From: Escherichia coli
GTDB taxonomy: Bacteria > Pseudomonadota > Gammaproteobacteria > Enterobacterales > Enterobacteriaceae
Length of the DNA: 64,000 nucleotides
NCBI RefSeq assembly: GCF_013315695.1
Contig: NZ_CP054353.1
Reading direction: 5' to 3' (one strand)
The notes beneath the pieces were generated by a model. It was not told the origin of the DNA and did not search any database. It was given only the letters and a program-made list of their open reading frames with translations. Below, piece after piece: positions 15,890 through 31,588 of this stretch (position 1 is its first letter; each line of letters opens with the position of its first letter). Position numbers and translations under genes: made by a program.

Positions 15890-16480
15890 TTAGTATTCAA
15901 CCTGATGCTTAATAAGCCGATGAAACTGGATCTGCAAAGTATTGATCATTTGCGATGACCAACGAACAGCGCTGTTTTCGGGTAATGAATGAGGCATCCA
16001 TACCGACCAGACAAATAATGCCATGCAGATAAAACGTTCCAGTTGGTTGCCCTTTTGGGGAACCAGGATAGGCAAGCGGAAACGCCAGCGGCATGGCCAG
16101 AGCAGGGGAACACCGGCGGGTGTCAGCATATCGGCAAGTATGTGGCTCAAATAACCCAGCACCATGCCCTGCAATGCATCAGCCGGAATGAACCAGCTTT
16201 CAGGAATCTTAAGGTAAAAGGTTGCCAGCAGCGCAAATACCGCCAGCAGACTGTGGGTAAAACCACGATGCCCAAAAGCGCGGGCGATCGGTTTTGATAT
16301 CCACTTTAATCGCTGCCCAAGAAACGACTTTGGGTGATCGATGTCCGGTAACAAACACGTCAGGATTGCGGAAGGGACAATATGCCACCAGTCACCCTGT
16401 GCCAGCACGGGCGTCAGCTCGGCATTTTTGGCAAATACCGCACAAGCAATAGAAAAGAGAAGGTGACCTTCCGCCGTCAT
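15890..16480 (-). CDS. ydjM: LexA-regulated inner membrane protein YdjM
   Basis: Track ORF 15890..16492. The MTAEGHLLF start gives 196 aa. LexA boxes lie immediately upstream. Confidence 0.85.
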   Translation of the reverse strand: MTAEGHLLFSIACAVFAKNAELTPVLAQGDWWHIVPSAILTCLLPDIDHPKSFLGQRLKWISKPIARAFGHRGFTHSLLAVFALLATFYLKIPESWFIPADALQGMVLGYLSHILADMLTPAGVPLLWPCRWRFRLPILVPQKGNQLERFICMALFVWSVWMPHSLPENSAVRWSSQMINTLQIQFHRLIKHQVEY

Positions 16481-16494
16481 GATAAAACTCACTA

Positions 16495-16532
16495 AACTGT
16501 CGATACGTACAGTATAGGATTTTTATACAGTG
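16495..16532 (-). promoter_or_regulatory. tandem LexA (SOS) boxes of ydjM
   Basis: aaCTGtcgatacgtaCAGta (16495-16514) is a full CTG-N10-CAG box. The adjacent tataggatttttataCAGtg is a half-conserved second box, as I recall for ydjM. Confidence 0.7.
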
Positions 16533-16642
16533 CGCGGAAGTGGTGACGGTGTAACTCTTTCTCTTAAATTGACGATTAATCCGTCAGTTGAATGCAAATT
16601 CAGATAAAGAACCAGGAGCAGTGTGATCACTGCCCCTGGTCA

Positions 16643-17311
16643 TTAACCGAGAAGGTCTTTTGCGGTGAGTTCTGTCAGCGATGAGAGTTTGACGTTTGCT
16701 AATACAAAACGTGGATCATTTTGCGCTTCTGGCGCAGGAACGACGATGGAACGCATGCGGGCTGCTTTAGAAGCGATCATGCCATTTACCGAGTCTTCCA
16801 GCGCCACGCAGGTCAGTGGGTCAACGCCCAGTTTTGCTGCACAGTCGAGATATACTTGCGGATGCGGCTTGCTGTAAGGCAATTTTTCAGCCGAGGCGAG
16901 GGCATCGAAACTGTCGCGTAAGTCAAACATGGTCAACACTTTTTCCAGCATATGTAGTGGTGACGCGGAGGCCAGTCCCACCAATAAACCTTGTTCTTTG
17001 CATAACGCAACGGCTTCACGCACGCCTGGCAATAATGGGCGTGTCTCTTCAACCAGTGAAATGGCACGAGCAATAACCCGTTCTACTACTTCCTGACGGC
17101 TTGGCCCATTCCAGGGTTGCCGGGCGTACCAAAGATCGACCACCATATCGATGCGTAAACCTAAAGTGTCCGGCAGCTCGTTACGACGGGAGATATCCAC
17201 CCCCAGGCTTGCCATCACATCCAGTTCAGCTCGATCCCATAAAGGTTCTGAGTCGATAAGTAATCCATCCATATCAAAAATTGCAGCAAGAATCTGACGC
17301 GGGGTTGACAT
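16643..17311 (-). CDS. hxpB: HAD-family hexitol/sugar phosphatase
   Basis: 222 aa. HAD motif I is FDMDGLLIDSEP. K-12 yniC position. Confidence 0.9.
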   Translation of the reverse strand: MSTPRQILAAIFDMDGLLIDSEPLWDRAELDVMASLGVDISRRNELPDTLGLRIDMVVDLWYARQPWNGPSRQEVVERVIARAISLVEETRPLLPGVREAVALCKEQGLLVGLASASPLHMLEKVLTMFDLRDSFDALASAEKLPYSKPHPQVYLDCAAKLGVDPLTCVALEDSVNGMIASKAARMRSIVVPAPEAQNDPRFVLANVKLSSLTELTAKDLLG

Positions 17312-17457
17312 TACAACCTCTCCTTTAGAGCATTATGTGTAAGGTATTAAGCCGTGCTTATGATTAAGCGCCTATCATATCGCCTTTAAAGAATGGGCGA
17401 AAACAGATATCTACAGGTAAACTAAGTGAAACGACGCGTCTTAATCAAGGAGAACTC

Positions 17458-17994
17458 ATGACGTATCAACAAGCTGGACGCATTGCTGTTTTGAAAAGGA
17501 TTTTGGGTTGGGTGATTTTTATACCTGCATTGATCTCTACATTGATTTCTTTGCTTAAATTTATGAATACCCGGCAGGAAAACCAGGAAGGCATTAATGC
17601 GGTCATGCTCGATTTTACTCATGTCATGATCGATATGATGCAGGCGAATACGCCTTTTTTGAATCTGTTCTGGTATAACTCCCCGACGCCCAATTTTAAT
17701 GGTGGCGTGAACGTTATGTTCTGGGTGATTTTCATCCTGATTTTTGTCGGACTGGCGTTGCAGGATTCCGGTGCCCGGATGAGTCGCCAGGCGCGCTTCT
17801 TGCGGGAAGGTGTTGAAGATCAACTCATTCTGGAAAAAGCCAAAGGGGAAGAGGGGCTAACGCGTGAACAAATTGAGTCACGTATTGTTGTGCCGCACCA
17901 TACTATTTTCCTGCAGTTTTTCTCGCTGTATATCCTGCCGGTTATTTGTATTGCTGCAGGTTATGTGTTCTTTTCTCTGCTGGGGTTTATTTAA
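17458..17994 (+). CDS. yniB: inner membrane protein YniB
   Basis: 178-aa membrane ORF. K-12 synteny. Confidence 0.85.
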   Translation: MTYQQAGRIAVLKRILGWVIFIPALISTLISLLKFMNTRQENQEGINAVMLDFTHVMIDMMQANTPFLNLFWYNSPTPNFNGGVNVMFWVIFILIFVGLALQDSGARMSRQARFLREGVEDQLILEKAKGEEGLTREQIESRIVVPHHTIFLQFFSLYILPVICIAAGYVFFSLLGFI

Positions 17995-18034
17995 TCAAAA
18001 GGCCGCACGGAGCGGCCATTATCCTCACCCCATA

Positions 18035-18895
18035 TTATGCTGCTAATAATCTATCCAGTGACTGCTGAGCAATAACCAAATGCTGACCGCCAAATAACCT
18101 TGCACGATTTAACAGCGTGTAGAGTTGGTAAACCGGTTGACGTTCAAGGAAATCGGCAGGTAGCGGGGATACTGACTGATAGCCGTCATAGATTTGTGGC
18201 GGCTGTTCAGTATGCAGCGGTAACATCGCCAGGTCGCACTCTCGGTCACCCCAGTAGCAGGCCGGGTCGAAAATGTACGGGCCATCCGGACCCAGCGCAC
18301 AGTTGCCGGACCATAAATCGCCGTGCAACAGAGAAGGCTGCGGTTGATGCGAGGCCAGACGCTGCTGAATATGCTCGACGATGGCATCGATATTGCCGAA
18401 AGCGATCCCTTTTTCTGCCGCCAGTTCCAGCTGCCAGCCAATCCGTTGTTCAGCAAAAAAAGTTGACCAGCGACGTTGCCAGGTGTTGGGCTGGGGAGTT
18501 GTGGAGAGCGCATTATCGAAATCGAGGCCAAATTGCGGTTGGTCGCTCCATTGATGTAAACGCGCAATTTGCTGACCAAGAATAAATGCGCTATGCGCAT
18601 CCAGCGGGCGAGGTGGGAGATAGTCCATCACCAGAAAACTGTAGTCACGGTCAGCGCCAACTGCCCAAACCTTAGGCACGGTGACGGTTTTACTACGCGA
18701 CAGTAACTCCAGTTGGTCGGCTTCGGCGGTAAAACCGGGAAGCAGTTCCCTTTCATCACATTTGACGAAAAAGTCACGTCCTGCATAGCGCAAATGCCAT
18801 GCGGCATGGACTTCTCCGCCAGGCAGTTCATTACGCAGTTCGATTTCGCCTTCACCTAACTGCTCGCTCAAAAGACGACTGATTGCCTGCCACAT
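18035..18895 (-). CDS. yniA: fructosamine/ketosamine kinase-family protein YniA
   Basis: 286 aa. Kinase-like motif LLHGDLWSGN. Confidence 0.85.
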   Translation of the reverse strand: MWQAISRLLSEQLGEGEIELRNELPGGEVHAAWHLRYAGRDFFVKCDERELLPGFTAEADQLELLSRSKTVTVPKVWAVGADRDYSFLVMDYLPPRPLDAHSAFILGQQIARLHQWSDQPQFGLDFDNALSTTPQPNTWQRRWSTFFAEQRIGWQLELAAEKGIAFGNIDAIVEHIQQRLASHQPQPSLLHGDLWSGNCALGPDGPYIFDPACYWGDRECDLAMLPLHTEQPPQIYDGYQSVSPLPADFLERQPVYQLYTLLNRARLFGGQHLVIAQQSLDRLLAA

Positions 18896-19000
18896 GATGT
18901 CTCTCCCATGTTGTCTGCCAGATCATAAGGTTAGCGCAAGAATGCGGTGTAAAAACACGAGCTAACGCACACCACAGACTGATTATTGCCCAAAAACCAT

Positions 19001-19291
19001 TTATTTTCTGTTGCTATTCCATTCCTCCCAGGTCGTGATGGTGATTTCAGGATCTTTGCCGGTTGCACTTTGGGTAAGCCCCGAAACCAGTACTCTAATT
19101 TCTTCTTCACTTTGGGTACTGATAAGTCCAAAAGTGTTAGTCCCCAGCTCATGGATATTTCCATCATCATCCGTCATGGTGAGCAAAAAACCGTCGCGTG
19201 TCAGGTAATTATTCAACTCATTAATTTCAGTCAATGTATCCTCATGCAACATGACGGTTATGACATAACGGACAAGATCGCCACTGGCCAT
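19001..19291 (-). CDS. ydiZ: uncharacterised protein YdiZ
   Basis: 96-aa ORF between yniA and pfkB, as in K-12. Confidence 0.8.
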   Translation of the reverse strand: MASGDLVRYVITVMLHEDTLTEINELNNYLTRDGFLLTMTDDDGNIHELGTNTFGLISTQSEEEIRVLVSGLTQSATGKDPEITITTWEEWNSNRK

Positions 19292-19391
19292 AGTTCACCC
19301 CTTTGTTATCACATGACTTTTGAGCATAGTCGGAGAAACGCGTTGCCGACAGGTTGGTGGTGATTCCCCCAATGCAGGGGGAATGTTTCAG

Positions 19392-20321
19392 TTAGCGGGA
19401 AAGGTAAGCGTAAATTTTTTTTGTATCGTCATGGGAGCACAGGCGTGTTCCCTGATTGAGTGTGGCTGCACTCCCCGCAGCTACGCCAAAACGAACCATC
19501 TCTTCAAGAGAGGCATTTTCTGCCAGTTTCAGTGTCATCGCGCCGACCATGCTGTCACCAGCGCCAACGGTGCTCTGGCTTTTCACCGGTGGTGGCACAA
19601 CCTGAATGCAGTTTTCACTATCAACGCCCAGCGCCCCTTGTGGACCCAGGGAAACGACAACTCGTTTGGCCTTGCCGCTATTAACGATTTCCTGCGCGGC
19701 TTTGCGGACATCGTCTGGCTGGGTGAGTTCGCGATTCACTAGCGCACTGAGTTCTTTTTGGTTAGGCTTAACCAACTCGATATTACCAATCGCCAGTGCT
19801 GCACTTAACGCTTCGCCAGAACTGTCGACGATGCAGCGAATCCCTTGGTTTTGCGCAGCGGAAATCAGTTGGGTTAATTTTTCTAGCTTCACACCTGGCG
19901 GCAGGCTTCCGCTTATGACCAGGATAGCACCGGATTCAATTTCCAGAACTTGCTCTTCAAGCTGGCGAAACTCATCTTCACTTAATGCCGCGCCTGGCAT
20001 GACAAAACGATACTGCTCACCGCTTGCTTCCACATGTACGTGTAAATTCTGCCGGGTCCAGTCTTTGGCTTCTACAGTAGCGACGGGGACATTTTCATCC
20101 GCCAACAGTGAAACCAGATGTTCGCCGGTCGCACCACCCGCCGGGAAGATCGCTGTGGCACTGCCTCCAAGATGGGCAATGGCGCGGGCGACGTTGATAC
20201 CGCCGCCTCCGGGTTCGAATACCGGTGCGGTACAGCGCAGCTTTCCTTCGGGATAAATTTGCGGGGTAATTGTTGCGCTATCGAGTGAGGGCGCAAGTGT
20301 CAACGTATAGATACGTACCAT
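19392..20321 (-). CDS. pfkB: 6-phosphofructokinase II
   Basis: Second Met (MVRIYTLTLAPSLD) gives 309 aa. Ribokinase-family motifs GGGINVA and GAGDSMVGA. Confidence 0.95.
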   Translation of the reverse strand: MVRIYTLTLAPSLDSATITPQIYPEGKLRCTAPVFEPGGGGINVARAIAHLGGSATAIFPAGGATGEHLVSLLADENVPVATVEAKDWTRQNLHVHVEASGEQYRFVMPGAALSEDEFRQLEEQVLEIESGAILVISGSLPPGVKLEKLTQLISAAQNQGIRCIVDSSGEALSAALAIGNIELVKPNQKELSALVNRELTQPDDVRKAAQEIVNSGKAKRVVVSLGPQGALGVDSENCIQVVPPPVKSQSTVGAGDSMVGAMTLKLAENASLEEMVRFGVAAGSAATLNQGTRLCSHDDTKKIYAYLSR

Positions 20322-20607
20322 CATTTCCTCCTATAGGCTGATTTCAGTCTGGCACCGAATCAGCGGAAAGTGAAGAAATTAACAACATGATTTATTAGAT
20401 CTTTATTTAAAATTTTGCAGATAAATATATATAAATAAAAATCTGTTTTCGCCACATGCTTATTCAAAAAATGAAATAAGAATACATTGCTAAGTTATTC
20501 GCGCCTTTTTATAATTCGTTACCTTTCCAGGGACGCTAATCTTTGATCCTTAAGAAAGTTTCCGGGACCGCGATGGTCTCTTTTTTTGTTGTACGGACTC
20601 TTGATAA

Positions 20608-21366
20608 ATGAAGCTTTTGAAGACAGTTCCTGCCATCGTTATGTTGGCGGGGGGCATGTTTGCGTCACTGAATGCAGCTGCCGATGATTCCGTTTTTACT
20701 GTCATGGACGATCCTGCCAGCGCTAAAAAACCTTTCGAAGGTAATCTGAACGCAGGATATCTTGCACAATCAGGCAATACGAAAAGCTCCTCACTTACGG
20801 CTGACACCACCATGACCTGGTATGGACAAACCACTGCCTGGTCGCTGTGGGGGAACGCCAGTAATACTTCTTCTAATGATGAGCGTTCTTCAGAAAAATA
20901 TGCGGCGGGCGGGCGTAGCCGTTTTAATTTAACTGATTATGACTATTTATTTGGTCAGGCAAGCTGGCTGACAGACCGTTATAACGGCTATCGAGAGCGC
21001 GATGTGTTGACCGCGGGTTATGGTCGCCAGTTTTTGAATGGCCCGGTACACAGTTTCCGCTTTGAATTCGGTCCAGGTGTGCGTTACGACAAATATACCG
21101 ACAATGCCAGTGAAACCCAGCCGCTGGGTTATGCCTCCGGGGCTTATGCATGGCAGTTGACTGACAACGCTAAATTTACGCAGGGTGTTTCCGTCTTTGG
21201 CGCGGAAGACACAACGCTGAACTCTGAAAGCGCATTAAATGTTGCTATTAATGAACATTTTGGACTGAAGGTGGCTTACAACGTCACATGGAACTCTGAA
21301 CCTCCAGAGTCTGCACCGGAACATACCGATCGTCGGACAACCTTATCGCTGGGCTACAGCATGTAA
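20608..21366 (+). CDS. ydiY: acid-inducible putative outer membrane protein YdiY
   Basis: 252 aa. Signal peptide and a beta-barrel-like alternating pattern ending ..LSLGYSM. Confidence 0.85.
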   Translation: MKLLKTVPAIVMLAGGMFASLNAAADDSVFTVMDDPASAKKPFEGNLNAGYLAQSGNTKSSSLTADTTMTWYGQTTAWSLWGNASNTSSNDERSSEKYAAGGRSRFNLTDYDYLFGQASWLTDRYNGYRERDVLTAGYGRQFLNGPVHSFRFEFGPGVRYDKYTDNASETQPLGYASGAYAWQLTDNAKFTQGVSVFGAEDTTLNSESALNVAINEHFGLKVAYNVTWNSEPPESAPEHTDRRTTLSLGYSM

Positions 21367-21418
21367 CATTATCTGCCGGACCGTAGTATGCGGTCTGGCT
21401 GTTTTCGTTTGTCACTGC

Positions 21419-21526
21419 TCAGCCCCAAATCATTGCTGCCCAACGTAGCAACAACATAGCGCCACAGATTGCCAGTAGCACCACCACCATCTTCCAGTGT
21501 TTTTTATCAAAGCGTTTAGTCGGCAT
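21419..21526 (-). CDS. yniD: small membrane protein YniD (35 aa)
   Basis: The C-terminal 35 codons of track ORF 21419..21637 read MPTKRFDKKHWKMVVVLLAICGAMLLLRWAAMIWG. This is the K-12 YniD sequence as I recall it. Confidence 0.7.
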   Translation of the reverse strand: MPTKRFDKKHWKMVVVLLAICGAMLLLRWAAMIWG

Positions 21527-21692
21527 ACCAGTGTCCTGCATATCTCTTGTGCGTGATAACGGAGTGTAACAAAAGGGACAGGCATCAAGGGATTTTTTGT
21601 TATTACAGCCGTTGGGTGGCGTTGTACACCTGATCACTGTTTTTGCGGTTTATGGAAAAAATAAAATTATGTATCGATATATAAATATCTGG

Positions 21693-23591
21693 TTATAAAT
21701 ACGTCTTTAGTTCATCAGCACTAAAACTCAGGCTTTGGCTGATTACGTTTATAGCAGCATAATATGTTTCTACAGTTTTATAATGATTATGATGAATGGC
21801 TATATGAACAGCTGACATGTTGTCATGATTTTTAGCGGCCAACAATGTGAATAACTGACATTGACTAAAAGAATATTTTTTTGCAAAAGTACCCAGCGTT
21901 GATATATAAGATAACACGACGTCTTTATTACCCTTACTCATGGCGATGTATAAAGCAGGGGTTCCATGTGCTGTTGCGCCTTTTAATAAATCCATGATGT
22001 TAATTTTGCTGAGGTTATATTTAACAGCGATTCCATAAACTTTAGAGAGGAACCGTGTGACACACAAAGGGTGATTATTTTCCATTGCGGCATATAATCC
22101 TGGCTCACCATCACGTGTTTTCATTGCTAAAATATCCATCACCATTTTTTTGCTTAAAAGCTCTTGTGTTATTGGAGTGGTTAATGCATTCAGAAAGATA
22201 TCGATTATTTCATCGAATCCATACAACATGGAGATATAGAGTCCAGGTGTTTCGTTAGCACTTTTAGTTTGCAGTAATTTAACCAGATTATCTTCATGAA
22301 TGATATGATTATCTACCAGTGACTGAACTTCTTGCATAAATATTTTCACGTTGTCAGTATGTCCGTTCATCATAGCCAAAAATAATGTAGGTGTACCAAC
22401 GCTATTCTGCGCAGTTATTATTTCAATGATTTCTTTTTCAGGGAGTATGGGTAACTGTTTGAATAATGTAATAAGCTGTTGAGTCTGGCCTGTGGCCATT
22501 ATTAACAACATTGCCGATGGATGTATAGGGGCAAATGGCATTCGTGATGCAATACCCGCGAAAATAGCCCCTGGAACTCCCTCAGGTAATAGGGGCAGAA
22601 AAGCAATTGCACAGTTGCGAACATACATATCAGCCCAGGTCTGAGCATCGGGACCTGAACTGATGAATTTATCGAGCGAGAGAAAGCCCCGTGCTGTCCT
22701 GTGGGTGCCTCTGACGGCAACGTTGGTATCGTTCGGGTCGTAAACGGACACAACATAATTTAATTGCCCATACGCCGACTGCTTTATTCGTAGCCTTACT
22801 GACAAAGTATGATTGTCTATATATAAAATCGCGGACATATGACTGACATTGTTTGCCATCATTCGACAGAAGAAAATATCTAAAGCGAAGCCAAAATCTT
22901 TACTCGCGATAACGCGACTCCCTGCAGGAGGATGGCGAAGTAATGATCTGAACTCTGCGTCCCGGACTAAGGGAACATGCTGCTGTATGGATTCAACGGA
23001 GGAGTAATGTTTAATCAGATTGACTTTGCCTTTTCCATTTCTCAGTGAATCAAGTGCGTATTGCAATGACAGATGGCGACAAAAAATAGCGTCAGAAGGA
23101 GATTGCGAAAAAAATGCACTACCATTGAGATTTACTGTTGGTTGTATAGTTTTTTCTCTATGGATTTTTTTAGACAGTTTCATACAATGGTTACGATTTT
23201 CGGCAGTTAACTGTTCCTGTTCAATATAATCCAGTATGCTTCGCAAATGGTTAGCTTTAATGGGCGTGGTTTCCAGAAGTAAGGAAATGATTTCTTTTTT
23301 ATAGTGTAATGTAATGAGTATATTTTCTGCATGGATGGGTGAAGTGGCAAAGTTAATGGTAAAAAGGGCAGTGGAATAACAATTTTGTGATATTTTTCGA
23401 CAGTTTGCGGTAAATTCCTGAGTAACACAGTATGACAGCATCGAACTTAAGTCAGAGGTATCAAGTAGGGTGATGAGTTGGCGCGCAAATTGATTAATAG
23501 GCTCTGATGAAGGCGTTGGTATGTCGCTATCGATGTGCATTCTATGAGGAGACTTATAATGAGTTCTGATAATAATGTCGTTTTGACTCAT
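21693..23591 (-). CDS. arpB: ankyrin-repeat protein ArpB, uninterrupted 632-aa reading frame
   Basis: K-12 arpB position (between yniD and thrS). The C-terminal half carries repeated ..TPLYIAM..G..D.V..F.. ankyrin-like units. AT-rich. Confidence 0.75.
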   Translation of the reverse strand: MSQNDIIIRTHYKSPHRMHIDSDIPTPSSEPINQFARQLITLLDTSDLSSMLSYCVTQEFTANCRKISQNCYSTALFTINFATSPIHAENILITLHYKKEIISLLLETTPIKANHLRSILDYIEQEQLTAENRNHCMKLSKKIHREKTIQPTVNLNGSAFFSQSPSDAIFCRHLSLQYALDSLRNGKGKVNLIKHYSSVESIQQHVPLVRDAEFRSLLRHPPAGSRVIASKDFGFALDIFFCRMMANNVSHMSAILYIDNHTLSVRLRIKQSAYGQLNYVVSVYDPNDTNVAVRGTHRTARGFLSLDKFISSGPDAQTWADMYVRNCAIAFLPLLPEGVPGAIFAGIASRMPFAPIHPSAMLLIMATGQTQQLITLFKQLPILPEKEIIEIITAQNSVGTPTLFLAMMNGHTDNVKIFMQEVQSLVDNHIIHEDNLVKLLQTKSANETPGLYISMLYGFDEIIDIFLNALTTPITQELLSKKMVMDILAMKTRDGEPGLYAAMENNHPLCVTRFLSKVYGIAVKYNLSKINIMDLLKGATAHGTPALYIAMSKGNKDVVLSYISTLGTFAKKYSFSQCQLFTLLAAKNHDNMSAVHIAIHHNHYKTVETYYAAINVISQSLSFSADELKTYL

Positions 23592-23995
23592 AATCTTTTC
23601 GCCTTATATATGTCTGGAGGTTTTGAGGATGATGATTAATTATTATCGCCAGAACGAAATGTGCACGAAAAATTGCTATAAGAATTGTGTCACTTTTATC
23701 ATTGTGATATGACCACTTCGTCATTAATCTTATGATCGTTTAAATAGTACCGCCAAATCACGCAACGAACTTTGCTGGATTCAGTTTATGCTGCTGCAAA
23801 TCCGCTCGCAGTAAACTTTTCAGACGCTCCGTGATGTTATCAGTGGTTCTTTAAGCGTTTTGCTGGTGTACTCACTACAAACGAATTGCGAATCGAATCA
23901 ATGTGAAACGGAAAGGTACAATCTCCCTTTTTTTAGTGTTAACATCGTTCAACCGGGTGGAAGGTGAGAGGTTAATGTCTTTCATTTGTGTACCT

Positions 23996-24113
23996 GATTG
24001 CGAACCAATTTAGCATTTGTTGGCTAGATGGTTTCGCAATGAACTGTTAATAAACAAATTTTTCTTTGTATGTGATCTTTCGTGTGGGTCACCACTGCAA
24101 ATAAGGATATAAA
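23996..24113 (+). promoter_or_regulatory. thrS translational operator (tRNA-Thr anticodon-arm mimics)
   Basis: Hairpin gtgatc-tttCGTgtg-ggtcac (24072-24092) with a CGU-containing loop lies just 5' of the SD/ATG. An upstream long stem pairs attgcgaacca with tggtttcgcaat. This matches the remembered ThrRS autoregulation site. Confidence 0.6.
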
Positions 24114-26042
24114 ATGCCTGTTATAACTCTTCCTGATGGCAGCCAACGCCATTACGACCACGCTGTAAGCCCCATGGATGTTGCGCTGGACATTGGTCCA
24201 GGTCTGGCGAAAGCCTGTATCGCAGGGCGCGTTAATGGCGAACTGGTTGATGCTTGCGATCTGATTGAAAACGACGCACAACTGTCGATCATTACCGCCA
24301 AAGACGAAGAAGGTCTGGAGATCATTCGTCACTCCTGTGCGCACCTGTTAGGGCACGCGATTAAACAACTTTGGCCGCATACCAAAATGGCAATCGGCCC
24401 GGTTATTGACAACGGTTTTTATTACGACGTTGATCTTGACCGCACGTTAACCCAGGAAGATGTCGAAGCACTCGAGAAGCGGATGCATGAGCTTGCTGAG
24501 AAAAACTACGACGTCATTAAGAAGAAAGTCAGCTGGCACGAAGCGCGTGAAACTTTCGCCAACCGTGGGGAGAGCTACAAAGTCTCCATTCTTGACGAAA
24601 ACATCGCCCATGATGACAAGCCAGGTCTATACTTCCATGAAGAATATGTCGATATGTGCCGCGGTCCGCACGTACCGAACATGCGTTTCTGCCATCATTT
24701 CAAACTAATGAAAACGGCAGGGGCTTACTGGCGTGGCGACAGCAACAACAAAATGTTGCAACGTATTTACGGTACGGCGTGGGCAGACAAAAAAGCGCTT
24801 AACGCTTACCTGCAGCGCCTGGAAGAAGCCGCGAAACGCGACCACCGTAAAATCGGTAAACAGCTCGACCTGTACCATATGCAGGAAGAAGCACCGGGTA
24901 TGGTATTCTGGCACAACGATGGCTGGACCATCTTCCGTGAACTGGAAGTGTTTGTTCGTTCTAAACTGAAAGAGTACCAGTATCAGGAAGTTAAAGGTCC
25001 GTTCATGATGGACCGTGTCCTGTGGGAAAAAACCGGTCACTGGGACAACTACAAAGATGCAATGTTCACCACGTCTTCTGAGAACCGTGAATACTGCATT
25101 AAGCCGATGAACTGCCCGGGTCACGTACAAATTTTCAACCAGGGGCTGAAGTCGTATCGCGATCTGCCGCTGCGTATGGCCGAGTTTGGTAGCTGCCACC
25201 GTAATGAGCCGTCAGGTTCGCTGCATGGCCTGATGCGCGTGCGTGGATTTACCCAGGATGACGCGCATATCTTCTGTACTGAAGAACAAATTCGCGATGA
25301 AGTTAACGGATGTATCCGTTTAGTCTATGATATGTACAGCACTTTTGGCTTCGAGAAGATCGTCGTCAAACTCTCCACTCGTCCTGAAAAACGTATTGGC
25401 AGCGACGAAATGTGGGATCGTGCTGAGGCGGACCTGGCGGTTGCGCTGGAAGAAAACAACATCCCGTTTGAATATCAACTGGGTGAAGGCGCTTTCTACG
25501 GTCCGAAAATTGAATTTACCCTGTATGACTGCCTCGATCGTGCATGGCAGTGCGGTACAGTACAGCTGGACTTCTCCTTGCCGTCTCGTCTGAGCGCCTC
25601 CTATGTGGGCGAAGACAACGAGCGTAAGGTACCGGTAATGATTCACCGCGCAATTCTGGGGTCGATGGAACGTTTCATCGGTATCCTGACCGAAGAATTC
25701 GCTGGTTTCTTCCCGACCTGGCTTGCGCCGGTTCAGGTTGTTATCATGAATATTACCGATTCACAGTCTGAATACGTTAACGAATTGACGCAAAAACTAT
25801 CAAATGCGGGCATTCGTGTTAAAGCAGACTTGAGAAATGAGAAGATTGGCTTTAAAATCCGCGAGCACACTTTGCGTCGCGTCCCGTATATGCTGGTCTG
25901 TGGTGATAAAGAGGTGGAATCAGGCAAAGTTGCCGTTCGCACCCGCCGTGGTAAAGACCTGGGAAGCATGGACGTAAATGAAGTGATCGAGAAGCTGCAA
26001 CAAGAGATTCGCAGCCGCAGTCTTAAACAATTGGAGGAATAA
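24114..26042 (+). CDS. thrS: threonyl-tRNA synthetase
   Basis: 642 aa, full-length class II aaRS with the TGS domain start [12 protein letters not shown]. Confidence 0.98.
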
Positions 26043-26588
<546 letters not shown>

Positions 26589-26660
26589 GGCCTTCAAGTA
26601 GCACTGTCTGTGGAGCCTTCGGGCTTCACAGGCTTTGTTCGCCTTTGTTTCGTTTATTAA

Positions 26661-26882
<222 letters not shown>

Positions 26883-26908
26883 GCCGTTAACGTTTTTTAA
26901 CTTTTTAA

Positions 26909-27292
<384 letters not shown>

Positions 27293-27300
27293 GCCAGTTG

Positions 27301-27330
27301 AAAGAGGGAGCTAGTCTCCCTCTTTTCGTT
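27301..27330 (+). terminator. intrinsic terminator after rplT
   Basis: agagggagctagtctccctct hairpin followed by a T-run. Confidence 0.75.
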
Positions 27331-27414
27331 TCAACGCCATCAAAACATTGACTTTTATCGCCGTAGCCTTTTCAATAAAGGTCTTTTGAAAAGTACCAAA
27401 AGGTAACGCAAGCA

Positions 27415-27459
27415 ATGAATGCTGCTATTTTCCGCTTCTTTTTTTACTTTAGCACCTGA
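27415..27459 (+). CDS. pheM: pheST leader peptide (14 aa, Phe-rich)
   Basis: atg aat gct gct att ttc cgc ttc ttt ttt tac ttt agc acc tga translates to [14 protein letters not shown]. Below the track cutoff. Confidence 0.85.
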
Positions 27460-27505
27460 CTCCAGGAGGCTAGCGCGTGAGAAGAGAAACGGAAAACAGC
27501 GCCTG

Positions 27506-27531
27506 AAAGCCTCCCAGTGGAGGCTTTTTTT
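27506..27531 (+). terminator. pheST attenuator terminator
   Basis: aaagcctcccagtggaggcttt hairpin plus T-run, between pheM and pheS. Confidence 0.75.
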
Positions 27532-27555
27532 GTATGCGCGTTTTGAAAAAATTAA

Positions 27556-28581
<1,026 letters not shown>

Positions 28582-28592
28582 GGCAGGAATAG

Positions 28593-30983
<2,391 letters not shown>

Positions 30984-30987
30984 ACCT

Positions 30988-31287
30988 ATGGCGCTTACAA
31001 AAGCTGAAATGTCAGAATATCTGTTTGATAAGCTTGGGCTTAGCAAGCGGGATGCCAAAGAACTGGTTGAACTGTTTTTCGAAGAGATCCGTCGCGCTCT
31101 GGAAAACGGCGAACAGGTGAAACTCTCTGGTTTTGGTAACTTCGATCTGCGTGATAAGAATCAACGCCCGGGACGTAACCCGAAAACGGGCGAGGATATT
31201 CCCATTACAGCACGGCGCGTGGTGACCTTCAGACCCGGGCAGAAGTTAAAAAGCCGGGTCGAAAACGCTTCGCCCAAAGACGAGTAA
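30988..31287 (+). CDS. ihfA: integration host factor alpha
   Basis: 99 aa, [35 protein letters not shown]. Confidence 0.97.
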
Positions 31288-31300
31288 TCTGATCTAACTA

Positions 31301-31327
31301 AAAAGGCCGCTCTGCGGCCTTTTTTCT
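31301..31327 (+). terminator. intrinsic terminator after ihfA
   Basis: aggccgctctgcggcct hairpin plus T6. Confidence 0.8.
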
Positions 31328-31556
31328 TTCAATAACCAATTGATTTATAATGTTTTATATCTCTTCGTTCCACGATGTGTCCACATTTAGTGGGGGGAGG
31401 GGAGTAAGCCCGCTACATTGTGGGCTTTGTCTTATAGTCTGATCACTGCTTCAAGTCGGTGAGGACACCAAAAAGAAAACCCGTAGTTTTTATGCTGCGG
31501 GTTTGTTTCATGTCTGTGAGATAGGGTGCCTTATCGACCTTACCCTGGCAACCGAT

Positions 31557-31583
31557 TGACGGGGGATTGCTCCCCCGTCGCGG
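31557..31583 (-). terminator. GC hairpin 3' of the hok-like ORF (candidate mRNA terminal stem-loop)
   Basis: gacggggg-attgct-cccccgtc, an 8-bp perfect stem that begins 6 nt after the hok-like stop. Confidence 0.5.
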
Positions 31584-31588
31584 TTTCC

